Assembly (NCBI GenBank): GCA_965213705.1
Contig: OZ243913.1
Coordinates: 192,001-256,000 of the forward strand
Reading direction: 5' to 3'
DNA length: 64,000 nt
Source of the DNA: Trueperaceae bacterium
GTDB taxonomy: Bacteria; Deinococcota; Deinococci; Deinococcales; Trueperaceae
Shown here: positions 23,236 through 32,959 of the stretch, one piece after another
Layout of the letters: each line of letters starts with the position of its first letter
Numbering within the stretch: position 1 is the first letter of the stretch
Translations under genes and position numbers: made by a program
Notes under the pieces: generated by a model
The model's input: the letters and a program-made list of their open reading frames with translations, nothing else
The model's database searches: none
What the model was told of the DNA's origin: nothing

Positions 23236-24188
23236 GGCGTTTCTCCAAAATCTTTTTTCAGGTACAGCCAGGCGGGTTGTTTGACAAAGCCCATCCGTTC
23301 GTTGATGGCGAGCATCGGGCGGTTGGTCGAGTGGTTTTGGGTATCGACGGTGGCGACGCCGTGCGCTCGAGCGTATTCAGCGGCTTTGAGCTTGAGAGCT
23401 TGGGCAACGCCCTTGCGCCGCCACCCGCGACGCACCCCGGTCAGGCCGGTGTGCAGCGTGTCCGCGGCTTCGGCCCCGCGCAACTCGCTCACGCCGATGA
23501 GTTCGTCGCCGTCGAAGGCGAGGAAGTAGCTTGCAGGGTTGAAGGTCGGGTTGCCCCACCAGCGTTCGCGCCACAGCTCGAACGGCCAAATCTCGAGCGG
23601 CTCCGCAAAGGGCACGTCGCCCAGCAGTTCGACGACGACGCTGTAAAGAAGCCGCTGCGTGGCCTCATCGTCCGGCAACTCGGCAAGAGTCTTGAAGGTG
23701 ATGCCCGCGGCCTCCGCCTTTGTGGTCGCCCAGGCAAACCGCTCCGGCTCGAGCGTGTCGAGGGCCAGCGCCGACGTCCAACGCCGCTCGTATTCCTCGA
23801 AACCGCGCTTTTTGTAAAAGTCGGGCCAGTGCGACCAGTCTTCGCGCACCTGCACGCGCAAACTTACCGGGGCGTAAGGCTCGAGCGCCCCCACAAGATG
23901 CTCGTAAAGCGCCTCGGCGAGTTCGAAGTGTTCGGGCTCGAGCAGCAGGTCGAACACAAAAGCGTTCCGGCTGAGGACGTTCATGTCCCGCACGTAAGAC
24001 ACCGCGGCGACAAGACGGTCCCCACGCTCGAGCAAAAAACGCCCGTGATACTCGTCTTCGCCCCGCCTGGCCTCGAAGTGCCGCAACTCGTCAACGCTGC
24101 GCGGGCTCTCTGGGCGCAGGCGGTTGCAAAAGGCGACGAAGCGTTCGTAGTCGGCGTCGGTAAACTCTCTGAGGTCGGTTGCGTCCAT
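23232..24188 (-). CDS. Tandem-domain GNAT acetyltransferase (array gene 1)
   Basis: LTGVRRGWRRKGVAQALK, NRPMLAINERMGF. Confidence 0.9.
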   Translation of the reverse strand: MDATDLREFTDADYERFVAFCNRLRPESPRSVDELRHFEARRGEDEYHGRFLLERGDRLVAAVSYVRDMNVLSRNAFVFDLLLEPEHFELAEALYEHLVGALEPYAPVSLRVQVREDWSHWPDFYKKRGFEEYERRWTSALALDTLEPERFAWATTKAEAAGITFKTLAELPDDEATQRLLYSVVVELLGDVPFAEPLEIWPFELWRERWWGNPTFNPASYFLAFDGDELIGVSELRGAEAADTLHTGLTGVRRGWRRKGVAQALKLKAAEYARAHGVATVDTQNHSTNRPMLAINERMGFVKQPAWLYLKKDFGETP

Positions 24189-24298
24189 CAGTCACTCTTT
24201 CTGTAGGGGGTTCAAGACTGAGCCTCGAAGGAGCGAGGGCGACAGCACGCCGCTCGACAAAACTCGTAAATCTAAACGTATGGGGTTGTAAGTAGGGT

Positions 24299-24382
24299 TT
24301 AGCGCGTGGTCGGGTTCGAAAAATCCGTTTTTACAAGGACGCACCAGCCTACGCGGGAGGAAATCAAAGACATCTGAGACAT
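24299..24382 (-). CDS. Putative 27-aa leader/small peptide MSQMSLISSRVGWCVLVKTDFSNPTTR
   Basis: AAAGGAGG RBS closely upstream of ATG 24382, TAA at 24299-24301. Below the ORF-track size cut-off. Confidence 0.45.
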   Translation of the reverse strand: MSQMSLISSRVGWCVLVKTDFSNPTTR

Positions 24383-24460
24383 TTTTCCTCCTTTCTCGCC
24401 CCGTGACAGGGCGGACGCGAACCCCGGCGGGGCTCGAGCGCGTAATGCAATGGGTGAACC

Positions 24461-24484
24461 TTAACGGCGTCGAACGTAAATCAT
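24461..24484 (-). CDS. Putative 7-aa uORF MIYVRRR (attenuator leader peptide)
   Basis: ATG ATT TAC GTT CGA CGC CGT TAA, starting 10 nt after the TACACT -10 box. Confidence 0.5.
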   Translation of the reverse strand: MIYVRRR

Positions 24485-24494
24485 GCTGCCGAGA

Positions 24495-24503
24495 AGTGTA
24501 GCA
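24495..24503 (-). promoter_or_regulatory. Extended -10 promoter of the GNAT operon leader
   Basis: TGcTACACT on the minus strand. Confidence 0.55.
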
Positions 24504-24545
24504 CGTCCTGCAATTCAGGTCTAGCCCGGAACTAGAGGCTGGAGC

Positions 24546-26696
24546 TTAAGTCGTGTAGCCCAACCGTTCTTCATAGCGGGCGCGGCTCAGCAGCCACCAC
24601 TCGCCCCCGGCGGGTTCGAAACCCGCCCCGGTCAGGTCGTCCACAGTTTGGACTTGCAGCGTTTTTACGCCCAGATGTTCAAAAGCGATGCGGGCGAGCG
24701 CGCCGAGTGCAGCGATACGCGCCCAGCTCAAGGAGCACGCGTCCTCGGCTTCCAAAACCGTTACGTGGCCGACCGCCGCGCCTGGCGGCAACAACAGCCG
24801 CAAACCGAACGAAGCGCCGGTCGCAAAGTCGGCGCGACCGTTTTCGAGGCCGTTCGTCGTCACGACGACGCCGCGCGAGGCGGCGCGGTAGCGCGGCAAG
24901 GGCGCGGGGAGCGCGGCGTCGTAGCGCTCGGACAGCTCGTGAAACAGCTCTCGCAAACGCCCCCCGAGCCGTTCCCGCTCCCGCTCGCCCAAGCGCGACG
25001 GGTCGAGGAGGCGGGTCTCGAGCAGCGTTCGTTCGTCCTCTAAACTCTCGAGGGTGGCTTCCTCCGCTACGGTCAGCGAGGTTTCCTCTTCAAAATTCAC
25101 TTCGGGCTCGAGCCGCCGCACGCCCTTGAGGTAACCCGCCAAACCGCCCCGGTACTCGACGAGTTTGCCGCCGTCCAGCGACCAGAAGCGCGTCGCCACG
25201 GCTTCGACCAGGCGCTCGTCGTGGCTGACGAGGAGGACGGCGGCGTCGGTGCTCTTTAGGGTGTCCTCGAGGGTTTCCAGCGCCGGGATGTCGAGGTCGT
25301 TGCCGGGCTCGTCGAGGAAGAGCAGGTTCGCCTCTCCGGCGACGAGGAGCGCCAGGCCCAGGCGGGCGCGCTCGCCGCCGGATAAGGTGGCGGGCGGTTT
25401 GTCCCAGGCGGCGGGCGGCAACCCCACGAGCGCGAGCAGTTGGTGCGCCCTGGCGCGGGAGACGTAGCGCTCGAGTTGAGTCAGCGGTGTCGCGTCGTCC
25501 GCCACGCCGCGCGTGACTTGGTCGAACAGCTTTGTCCGGGTCGACCTGCTCAGGTTGAGTTCGGCCCGCGGGTCGTCCGACTCGGTCTCACCTGCCAGCA
25601 GTTTCAGCAACGTCGTTTTCCCGGAGCCGTTCGGCCCGAGCAGCGCGATTTTGTCGCCCGCTTCGACGCGCAGCCCCACGTCGTCGACCAGCACCCGCTC
25701 CCCCAAGACTTTGCTGAGGTGTTTGGCGCTGAGCAACGTGCCGCGGGCCGCCGCGGGGCGCAAGCTCAGGGTCGTTACTTTTTCCGCGGTGGGTGGGGCG
25801 CCGGGCGGGTGCCGCACTTCCGAACCTCGGCGTTCCAAACTTTTGCGCCGCCGGTGCGCCGTGGGTGTGCCCCAGGCGCGCAGTCGCTGCACACTCTCTT
25901 CCAGCCGCGCGGTCTCTTTGGCGCGTTCTTTGCTTTGCCTGACGGCGCTCCGCCGCAGCACACCTTGTTGCGTGTGAAAAACGCTGTAGTTGCCACGGTG
26001 CAGCGTCAGCTCGCCGTTTTTCAGGTACGCGACGTGCGTACACACCACGTCCAGCAGTGCCCGGTCGTGCGAAGCCAGGAGCAGCGCCCCTCCGTAAGCG
26101 CCGAGTCGCCGCTGAAGCGTGCGCCGCCCCAACAGGTCTAAGTGATTCGTCGGCTCGTCCAGCAGCAGCACGTCGGGGCGGGCCGCCAGGGCCGTCGCCA
26201 AACCCAAGCGGGCCCGCTCGCCGCCGGACAGACTTGTCACGCTGCGCCCGAACTGGTCTTGGGTAAACCCGAACTCGAGCAGCGTCTTGTCCAGTTCCGC
26301 CTCGGCTTCGTAGCCGCCTGCCGCTTCGAACAGGGCGGTAAGGTGCGCGTAGCGTTCCAGGTCGCCACCCGCCGCCAAACGCATTTCTTCGCGGCGCAGT
26401 TCGCGCTCTAAGCTGTGGACGTGCTCCAAAGCCGCGGCCGCCACTTCAAAAAGCAGACCCGTCATCTTACCGCCGGCTTGAGCGAGATAGGCCAGCCGCA
26501 CGCCCGGACTCCGCACCACCCGGCCCTCGCTCGGCGCAAGCTCGCCCGCCAGGATGCGCAGCAGCGTCGTCTTGCCCGCCCCGTTGGCCCCCAACAAACC
26601 GACGCGCTCACCGCTCCGCAGCGTCACGGAAATGTCGCGCAGTAAGTCGCGCCCGCGCAGCGCAAAACTCAAACGTTCGGTGCGTAGTTGCTCCAC
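24546..26696 (-). CDS. ABC-F family ribosome-associated ATPase with C-terminal extension
   Basis: Two NBDs (GANGAGKTT/LSGGE/LLLDEPTNHLD; GPNGSGKTT/LSGGE/LFLDEP), HRGNYS linker, no TM domain. Leaderless TAGCCT-7nt-GTG. Confidence 0.9.
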   Translation of the reverse strand: MEQLRTERLSFALRGRDLLRDISVTLRSGERVGLLGANGAGKTTLLRILAGELAPSEGRVVRSPGVRLAYLAQAGGKMTGLLFEVAAAALEHVHSLERELRREEMRLAAGGDLERYAHLTALFEAAGGYEAEAELDKTLLEFGFTQDQFGRSVTSLSGGERARLGLATALAARPDVLLLDEPTNHLDLLGRRTLQRRLGAYGGALLLASHDRALLDVVCTHVAYLKNGELTLHRGNYSVFHTQQGVLRRSAVRQSKERAKETARLEESVQRLRAWGTPTAHRRRKSLERRGSEVRHPPGAPPTAEKVTTLSLRPAAARGTLLSAKHLSKVLGERVLVDDVGLRVEAGDKIALLGPNGSGKTTLLKLLAGETESDDPRAELNLSRSTRTKLFDQVTRGVADDATPLTQLERYVSRARAHQLLALVGLPPAAWDKPPATLSGGERARLGLALLVAGEANLLFLDEPGNDLDIPALETLEDTLKSTDAAVLLVSHDERLVEAVATRFWSLDGGKLVEYRGGLAGYLKGVRRLEPEVNFEEETSLTVAEEATLESLEDERTLLETRLLDPSRLGERERERLGGRLRELFHELSERYDAALPAPLPRYRAASRGVVVTTNGLENGRADFATGASFGLRLLLPPGAAVGHVTVLEAEDACSLSWARIAALGALARIAFEHLGVKTLQVQTVDDLTGAGFEPAGGEWWLLSRARYEERLGYTT

Positions 26697-26971
26697 GCCC
26701 CCCAGGCTATGCAACACAAGCTCGCTCAGCCGTAGTCCAGGACGAGAAAGCGTTTTTGGGTCGTCTCCACCGCTCGAGACCTTCTCTCTGTGGTCTACGT
26801 TGGTGAGACCGACTTGGGTGAGACCGACTTGGGCATCCCGCAGCCCGCCTTGTGCGCCGTGACCGTCTGCAAGGCGCCATCACGACCTTGTGACTCGAGG
26901 GAACGGCGCAGGTGCAACCGTTAAAGCCCACATCTTGAGCCCACCGGACCCCGACCGGGTAAGCTGTTGAC

Positions 26972-27685
26972 ATGAAAAAGTACCTGTTGCTCGGTTTGTT
27001 TTTGTTCGGGATAGCGAGTTGGGGGTTCGTCGGCGCGCAAGACGTCGGTTTGAACACCGGCATCAGCGTGACGGGCAGCGGCACCGTCTACGGCGAGCCG
27101 GACTTGGCGGTGCTCGAGCTGGGCGTCGACGTTACCGATGAAAACGTAAGCGCTGCCAGCGCCGCGGCCGACCGCACCATGCGCGCCGTCGTCGCCGCCC
27201 TCATCGCGGCCGGCGTCGACGAGAAGGACGTCCGCACCGCCTACTACAACGTCTGGCGCGAGGAGCGCTACACCGATAACAACACACCCACCGCGCCGCT
27301 CTACCGCGTGTCGAACACCTTACAAGTCACCGTGCGGGACGTTTCAAAAGTAGGCGAAGTCCTCGCCGCCAGCTTGGACGCCGGGGCCAACGCGGTCAAC
27401 AACGTCCAATACACCTTTGCCGACCCGAATACTTTGGCTGAGCAAGCCAGAGCCCTCGCCATGCAGGACGCGGCTGCCAAAGCGCAGCAACTCGCCAGCT
27501 TGGCCGGGGTCAGCCTCGGGCCGGTCGTGATGGTCAGCGACATGTCGGGGGGTGGCGGTCCGGTCATGCCGGTAGCAGCCGGGGCGAGCTACGACCTCGC
27601 CGCCCCCGTACCGGTGTCCGGCGGGCAGCTGTCGGTGAGCGCTTCGGTGGCGGTGCGCTACGGCGTCGGGGTTACTCAACCCTGA
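26972..27685 (+). CDS. SIMPL (DUF541) domain periplasmic protein
   Basis: Signal peptide, ISVTGSGTVYGEPDLAVLELGV, AMQDAAAKAQQLA. Confidence 0.88.
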   Translation: MKKYLLLGLFLFGIASWGFVGAQDVGLNTGISVTGSGTVYGEPDLAVLELGVDVTDENVSAASAAADRTMRAVVAALIAAGVDEKDVRTAYYNVWREERYTDNNTPTAPLYRVSNTLQVTVRDVSKVGEVLAASLDAGANAVNNVQYTFADPNTLAEQARALAMQDAAAKAQQLASLAGVSLGPVVMVSDMSGGGGPVMPVAAGASYDLAAPVPVSGGQLSVSASVAVRYGVGVTQP

Positions 27686-27866
27686 GATGTTGCTCTAAGT
27701 TTTTCACGCACTTCGCTGTTTCACCGTGCCGCGTCATAAATACCGAAATAATGGGTTCCTAAACCAAGCGGAAAAGAGTCACACAGAACGGACGAAAACG
27801 CCTGCGAAAGCCGCCCTAGTGACCTACCCAGCACTCCGCAGGGCCGGCGGCGGCTATCCTAGCAAC

Positions 27867-28709
27867 ATGTTACTCGCCTTCGACCTCGACAAAACCATCG
27901 TCCGCAACGACTACGAACTCCCCGCCGAAATCGTCGACGCCGTCCACAAGGTGCGCGACGCCGGCCACCTCGTCACGGTGCTGACCGGGCGGCCCAAGGC
28001 GGCCTCGACAGCTTACTTGGAGTTGTTAAAAGTCAGCGACTATTTCAGCACCAACCACGGCGCGCTCATCACCGGCAAGGCGGGCGCGGTGTTGCAGCAA
28101 AAACGTATCGGCGAAACGTACGTGGCCGGCCTGCTCAAGCCCTACCACGACCACCCGGACATCGAATTTTCCTGCATCGTCGACGACGTGCTGTACGTCA
28201 AAAACCCCGACGACGAACGTTGGGCTTGGGCGCACACCCAAAACCGCGGCGTCGAAAAGTTCGACCCCCAAGTCCTGCGGCACGCCGACAAAATCGTCTT
28301 CAGCTCGCGAGGCTCGACCGACGCGGTCCACCAACACGTGAGCGAGGCTTACCCCGACTTCGTCATGTACCCCTGGGAAGAAGGTTACCTGGAAGTGACC
28401 GGGCCAAACGCCGACAAGGGAACCGCGCTGCAACTCATCGCTCGAGAACTCGGGGTGGCGCAAAAAGACGTTATCGCCTTTGGCGACGGCCCCAACGACG
28501 TGACGATGTTGCGGTGGGCGGGCTACGGCGTCGCGGTCGGGCCGCACGCGCACAAAGACGTCATTGCCGCCGCCGACGAACACATCGGCTCGCCCGAAGA
28601 CCTCGGCGTGGCGCGGTGGTTGGAAGAGAACATTTTGAACGCGAACAAGTTCGAGCCGGACAGGACTAAGTTGGACGAACTCGCGGCGAACGAGGTCGTT
28701 TCCCACTGA
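27867..28709 (+). CDS. Cof-type HAD-IIB hydrolase
   Basis: FDLDKT, TGR, K, AFGDGPNDVTML motifs. Leaderless TATCCT-6nt-ATG. Confidence 0.9.
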   Translation: MLLAFDLDKTIVRNDYELPAEIVDAVHKVRDAGHLVTVLTGRPKAASTAYLELLKVSDYFSTNHGALITGKAGAVLQQKRIGETYVAGLLKPYHDHPDIEFSCIVDDVLYVKNPDDERWAWAHTQNRGVEKFDPQVLRHADKIVFSSRGSTDAVHQHVSEAYPDFVMYPWEEGYLEVTGPNADKGTALQLIARELGVAQKDVIAFGDGPNDVTMLRWAGYGVAVGPHAHKDVIAAADEHIGSPEDLGVARWLEENILNANKFEPDRTKLDELAANEVVSH

Positions 28710-28728
28710 GATTCTCTCAGGTTCAAAC

Positions 28729-29628
28729 TCAAACCGGTTGCCGCAACCGTGCCAACACCGCCGCAAAGTCCGCTGGGTCGGGGCTGTGCGCTTTGATAGT
28801 CCCGACCGTAAGCCTTGCCGCGTGCAACATCTGCCGCGGCACGCTAGGGACGGCCGCCCCGTAAACCTCGTCGCCCAACACCGGGTGTCCCTTGTGCGCG
28901 AACATGGCGCGGATTTGGTGGAGGAAGCCGGTTTCCAGCCCTACTTCGACCAGGGTGGCGTTTGAGAAGGTCTCGAGCGCCGTCCAACCAAGGGTGCAGA
29001 CGCGCGCCGAGGACGTTGCCTCGTCGTCCAGCACCACGCGCACCTTGGCAGGTCGGTGGCGGGCGACGACGAGGGTCATGCTTTCTCGGCCCTTGCCCTC
29101 GAGACATCCTTCAAGAAGTGCTCGGTAAGTCTTTTTTACACGCCGCTCCGTAAAAGCCGCGCGCAGCTCGAGCCACTTCTCTTGACTTGTCGCCAGCAGC
29201 AGCGCGCCCGAGGTGTCGGTGTCGAGGCGGTGAACGACGCCGCTCTTCAAACCACCTTCGCCGACGCCTTGGATTTGCGGGTAGCGGGCGACGACCGCGT
29301 TCAGCAGGGTGCCGCGCTCGAAGGGCGCACGGGGCAGCACCGGCACGCCGGGCGGCTTGTCCACCACGAGGCAATCCTCGCCTCCGAACAGCACCGTGAG
29401 CGGCGCGTCGGCGTCGGGGACGATTTTTTTCAGGGGCGCTAAAGAAGCGACACCGACGGTGGTGGCGGTGTCGAGCGAGCGCCCTTTGTCGCGCGGCGCG
29501 GCCTTTTCGCCGTCGACCGTGACCAGGCCGGCACCTAGCGCCTGCAACGCCTCGCGCCGCGATACCTGCAAAGCTCGAGCCAAAAAGGTGTCGAGCCGCG
29601 TTGGCTCGTCGACCCGGAAAGTCTTCAC
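28729..29628 (-). CDS. RluA/RluD-family pseudouridine synthase
   Basis: S4-like N-terminus, VVDKPPG, VHRLDTDTSG, TGFLHQIR, GHPVLGDEVYG. Confidence 0.9.
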   Translation of the reverse strand: MKTFRVDEPTRLDTFLARALQVSRREALQALGAGLVTVDGEKAAPRDKGRSLDTATTVGVASLAPLKKIVPDADAPLTVLFGGEDCLVVDKPPGVPVLPRAPFERGTLLNAVVARYPQIQGVGEGGLKSGVVHRLDTDTSGALLLATSQEKWLELRAAFTERRVKKTYRALLEGCLEGKGRESMTLVVARHRPAKVRVVLDDEATSSARVCTLGWTALETFSNATLVEVGLETGFLHQIRAMFAHKGHPVLGDEVYGAAVPSVPRQMLHAARLTVGTIKAHSPDPADFAAVLARLRQPV

Positions 29629-29742
29629 GGCCCAAGTAAAGCACGTCACGCGCCGGTTGAGGGTCGTGGGCCGTTCGGGGTGAAGAAAGCTGACAGTTTT
29701 ACTACTCGAACTCGGTACTTCTTCGACCCCCACGGAGCGCCT

Positions 29743-32037
29743 CTAGCCTGCACCTTCTTTGGCCTGCTCGAGCAGCGCGGTGAACGCCGCCGCGGTCAGC
29801 GGACGGCTGAACAGGTAGCCCTGAGCCTGCACGCAGCCGTGCTCTTGCAAAAAGCGCGCCTGCTCGCGCGTCTCGACGCCTTCGGCGACGACCTTGAGCC
29901 GCATGTTGTAGGCGAGCGCCAGAATCGCCCGGACGATGCCGACGTCGCGCTCGTCGTTCGGCAGCCCGTGCAAAAAGGAGCGGTCTATTTTGAGGGTGCT
30001 GATGGGCAGGGTTTTTAAGTAAGCGAGCGAGGAGTAACCCGTACCGAAGTCGTCGACGGAAATGCTGACGCCGCGCTCCCGGAGCGCGACGAGTTGGGCC
30101 AGGGTCTCAGCGAGACCCTTCATCAGCACGCTTTCGGTCAGCTCCAAGACGGCGTGACCGGGCTGCAACCCGCTCGCGGCCAAGATTTCTTCGACGCTGT
30201 CCACCAGGCCGGGGTGCTGGAGTTGGCGCGCGGACAGGTTCACAGACATGTAGAGGTGGGACGAGCCTGCTTCGTGCCACGCCCTGACCTGCCGAAACGC
30301 CTCGGCCATCACCCACGCCCCGACGGGCACGATCAAGCCCGTCGTCTCGGCGAGGGGAACAAAGCGGTTGGGCGGCACCAACCCGCGCGTGGGGTGCTGC
30401 CAGCGCAGCAGCGCCTCGGCCCCTATTACCCGGTCGCCCAGGACCCGGCCGCCTCGCGCCGAATTCAAGCCGAGCAACATGATGGGCTGGTAGTGCAGGA
30501 CGAACTCGCCCCGTTCCAGGGCGCGGCGCAGGTCGTTTTCAAGCTGCAAACGCTCACGCGCTTCGCCCAACATCGCCTGGTCGAAGACCGCGTGGCGCGC
30601 GCGCCCCGCCGCCTTGGCGCGGCCCAGCGCGGTGCCGGCGCTGCGCAACAGGTCGGCGGGGCTCTGCTCACCGTCTGTGGCGAGCGCGATGCCGATGCTG
30701 GCCGTCACGCTCGTCTCTTGGTCGGCTACGGATTGCGGCTGCTCGAGGGCGGCGCGCACGCGGTTCGACACGGCGACGGATTCGTTCAAGCCCTCGACAC
30801 GCTCCAACACCATCACGAACTCGTCACCGCCGAGCCGCGCCACGGTGTCGCCGGGCCGCACGCTGTTTTGCAGCGTCGCTGCCACACTCTTGAGGACGGC
30901 GTCGCCGAAGGCGTGGCCGAACGAGTCGTTGAAGTTTTTGAAATGGTCGACGTCGACAAACAGCAGTGCGAAAAGGTGCGTGTCCCGCCGGTTGCGCGAC
31001 AGCGCCTGTTCCAGGCGGTCGAGCAGCAGCGCCCGGTTGGGCAAACCGGTAAGCGGGTCGTGAAAAGCGTGGTGGCGCAGGCGCGCTTCCGAGCGGTTCC
31101 ACTCGGTGACGACGGCGCTGAGCAGCACGCTGACAAAAGTGAGCGTGAGCAAACCGAACTGCAGGGCGAAGCCCTCGGCCTGCCCCAGCTTCGGCAGCGA
31201 AAAAAGGGCGATGAACACGTTGACGGCTAAAACAGCCGCCGCGCTCCAGGCGAAACCGTAGCGCACGGCTATCCACAGCACCGGGATAAAGGTGACGTAG
31301 GTGTGGTCCAGCGTGAGGTCGCCCGGTACAAAATAGGCCAAAAAAGCGGCCGCGGCGAGCAAACCTACCAGAATCAGCCCCTTGAACACCGCCCCGACGG
31401 CGGGCCAGCGCCAGGTGGCCGGCTTTACTGCCAGGTCGTCGGTCCACAAAAAGGGCGCGTAGCGCATCAGCACGAGCAAAAAAGGAGCCAAAGCCGCAAC
31501 GCCGGTCGCGTCTCCGGCGGCGAACTGCAGGGTTCGGACGAGCCAGTCCGACGGGTCTATCAGGCCGAACAGCGTAAAGTTGCCGAGACTCAGTAGAGCG
31601 GTCAAAAGCGGCGCTGCACAGGCGGCGACGACCACAAACCAGACCACGTCCCGCACGCTGTAGAGGCGTGGGTTGACACGCAGCTTTTGCAAAGCAAAGA
31701 CCGCCACACCGAAAACGAGCGTGTAGGTAAAACTGTGGATGACCGAGGACCAAAAGGGCACGTCGGGGCTGTTGACAAGGCCCGCCAGCAGGACGGCGGC
31801 GTAGGTAGCGACGCCGTAGCGCAGCCCGAAAGTCCACAGCATGACGACCGTGAGCGCGCTCGGCAAGTACCACACCGAGGCGACTTTGGGGTCTGAACCG
31901 ATGCTGAAGGCAGCCGCGACGTAGTCCAGCACAAGGTACGCGCCGATGTACAACCCCGAAACGGCCGCCGCCCGTACGAAAGGCGGCAACGACTGCCACG
32001 TAGAGGGCCGCTCTAAACCCCGCTCCGCGTCGCTCAT
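29743..32037 (-). CDS. MASE1-like membrane GGDEF-EAL protein
   Basis: Multi-TM N-terminus (WYLPSAL, AGDATGV), HDPLTGLPNR, LGGDEF, EALLRW, DDFGTGYSSL. Confidence 0.88.
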   Translation of the reverse strand: MSDAERGLERPSTWQSLPPFVRAAAVSGLYIGAYLVLDYVAAAFSIGSDPKVASVWYLPSALTVVMLWTFGLRYGVATYAAVLLAGLVNSPDVPFWSSVIHSFTYTLVFGVAVFALQKLRVNPRLYSVRDVVWFVVVAACAAPLLTALLSLGNFTLFGLIDPSDWLVRTLQFAAGDATGVAALAPFLLVLMRYAPFLWTDDLAVKPATWRWPAVGAVFKGLILVGLLAAAAFLAYFVPGDLTLDHTYVTFIPVLWIAVRYGFAWSAAAVLAVNVFIALFSLPKLGQAEGFALQFGLLTLTFVSVLLSAVVTEWNRSEARLRHHAFHDPLTGLPNRALLLDRLEQALSRNRRDTHLFALLFVDVDHFKNFNDSFGHAFGDAVLKSVAATLQNSVRPGDTVARLGGDEFVMVLERVEGLNESVAVSNRVRAALEQPQSVADQETSVTASIGIALATDGEQSPADLLRSAGTALGRAKAAGRARHAVFDQAMLGEARERLQLENDLRRALERGEFVLHYQPIMLLGLNSARGGRVLGDRVIGAEALLRWQHPTRGLVPPNRFVPLAETTGLIVPVGAWVMAEAFRQVRAWHEAGSSHLYMSVNLSARQLQHPGLVDSVEEILAASGLQPGHAVLELTESVLMKGLAETLAQLVALRERGVSISVDDFGTGYSSLAYLKTLPISTLKIDRSFLHGLPNDERDVGIVRAILALAYNMRLKVVAEGVETREQARFLQEHGCVQAQGYLFSRPLTAAAFTALLEQAKEGAG

Positions 32038-32353
32038 GCGACTTTTGAGCGAGCCGCCGCGAGAGTGCGTGACGCCCGACGGGACCCAACCACCCGCGAA
32101 GCGTCGCCTGTGATGCGCCCGCGCCCTGTGGCGCACCTACAAAGCGAACCCGCTCCGAGCGCATCAGGCTCGAGCTGTTTGTGTACCCGCCGACCACCCA
32201 TGTGCCGAACCCACCCCACACCGTTTTACCACAGAACTTCCAGTGAGTATCGCCACAATTTTTGAGCCGGACGGGCACCTTTTTTCAACGACCTGAAGAC
32301 CGAGGGGAGCGCAGTCGGGTACGTTGAAGCTCTCAGACAACTTCCGGTGCGGC

Positions 32354-32959
32354 TCAGCGAACGGCGTCCAAAAACTCCTGCCGGGTCGCAGGGTCGTCTT
32401 TGAACACGCCGCGCAGGGCGCTCGTGCGGGTTGAAGAACCCTGCTTTTCGACGCCGCGCATCATCATGCAGAGGTGGCTGGCTTCGGTGACGACGGCCAC
32501 ACCGCGGGGCGCGAGTACGTCTTGAAGCGCGTCGGCGATTTGACCCGTCATGCGTTCTTGCACCTGCATCCGCCGCGCAAACACGTCGACGATGCGGGCG
32601 AACTTGCTCAGGCCCAAGACTTTTTTGTCGGGGACATAAGCGACGTGCGCGCGGCCGAAAAAGGGCAACATGTGGTGTTCGCAGAGGCTGTAAAACTCCA
32701 CGTTTTTCACCACCACCATCTCGCTGCCCTCGGCGGAAAAGAGCGCGCCGTTGACGACGTCGGCGATAGACACGCCGTAACCGCTTGTCAGAAACCGCAA
32801 AGAACGTTCGACCCGGTGGGGCGTTTTGACGAGACCTTCGCGGCTCAGGTTTTCGCCCAAAGCGGCGATGAGGCTGGCAATCAGCGGGCCGAGGGTGGTT
32901 TCGCCGACCTCGTCGAACTCGGGGTCGGCGGGATGTAGCAAGTGGGTGGCGTTTCTCAC
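32354..32959 (-). CDS. folE: GTP cyclohydrolase I
   Basis: [44 protein letters not shown]. Confidence 0.96.
   Translation of the reverse strand: MRNATHLLHPADPEFDEVGETTLGPLIASLIAALGENLSREGLVKTPHRVERSLRFLTSGYGVSIADVVNGALFSAEGSEMVVVKNVEFYSLCEHHMLPFFGRAHVAYVPDKKVLGLSKFARIVDVFARRMQVQERMTGQIADALQDVLAPRGVAVVTEASHLCMMMRGVEKQGSSTRTSALRGVFKDDPATRQEFLDAVR

Noticed and set aside
18145..24188. GNAT array as toxin-antitoxin GNAT toxins or an integron cassette array
   Set aside because: The proteins are about 300-350 aa tandem-type GNATs without RHH antitoxins, and the genes overlap with no attC-like spacers or integrase.
32040..32350. c-di-GMP or other riboswitch upstream of the GGDEF-EAL gene (also checked 13790-13950 and 57880-58100)
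   Set aside because: No GEMM or other aptamer consensus recognisable by eye; an Rfam scan would be needed.
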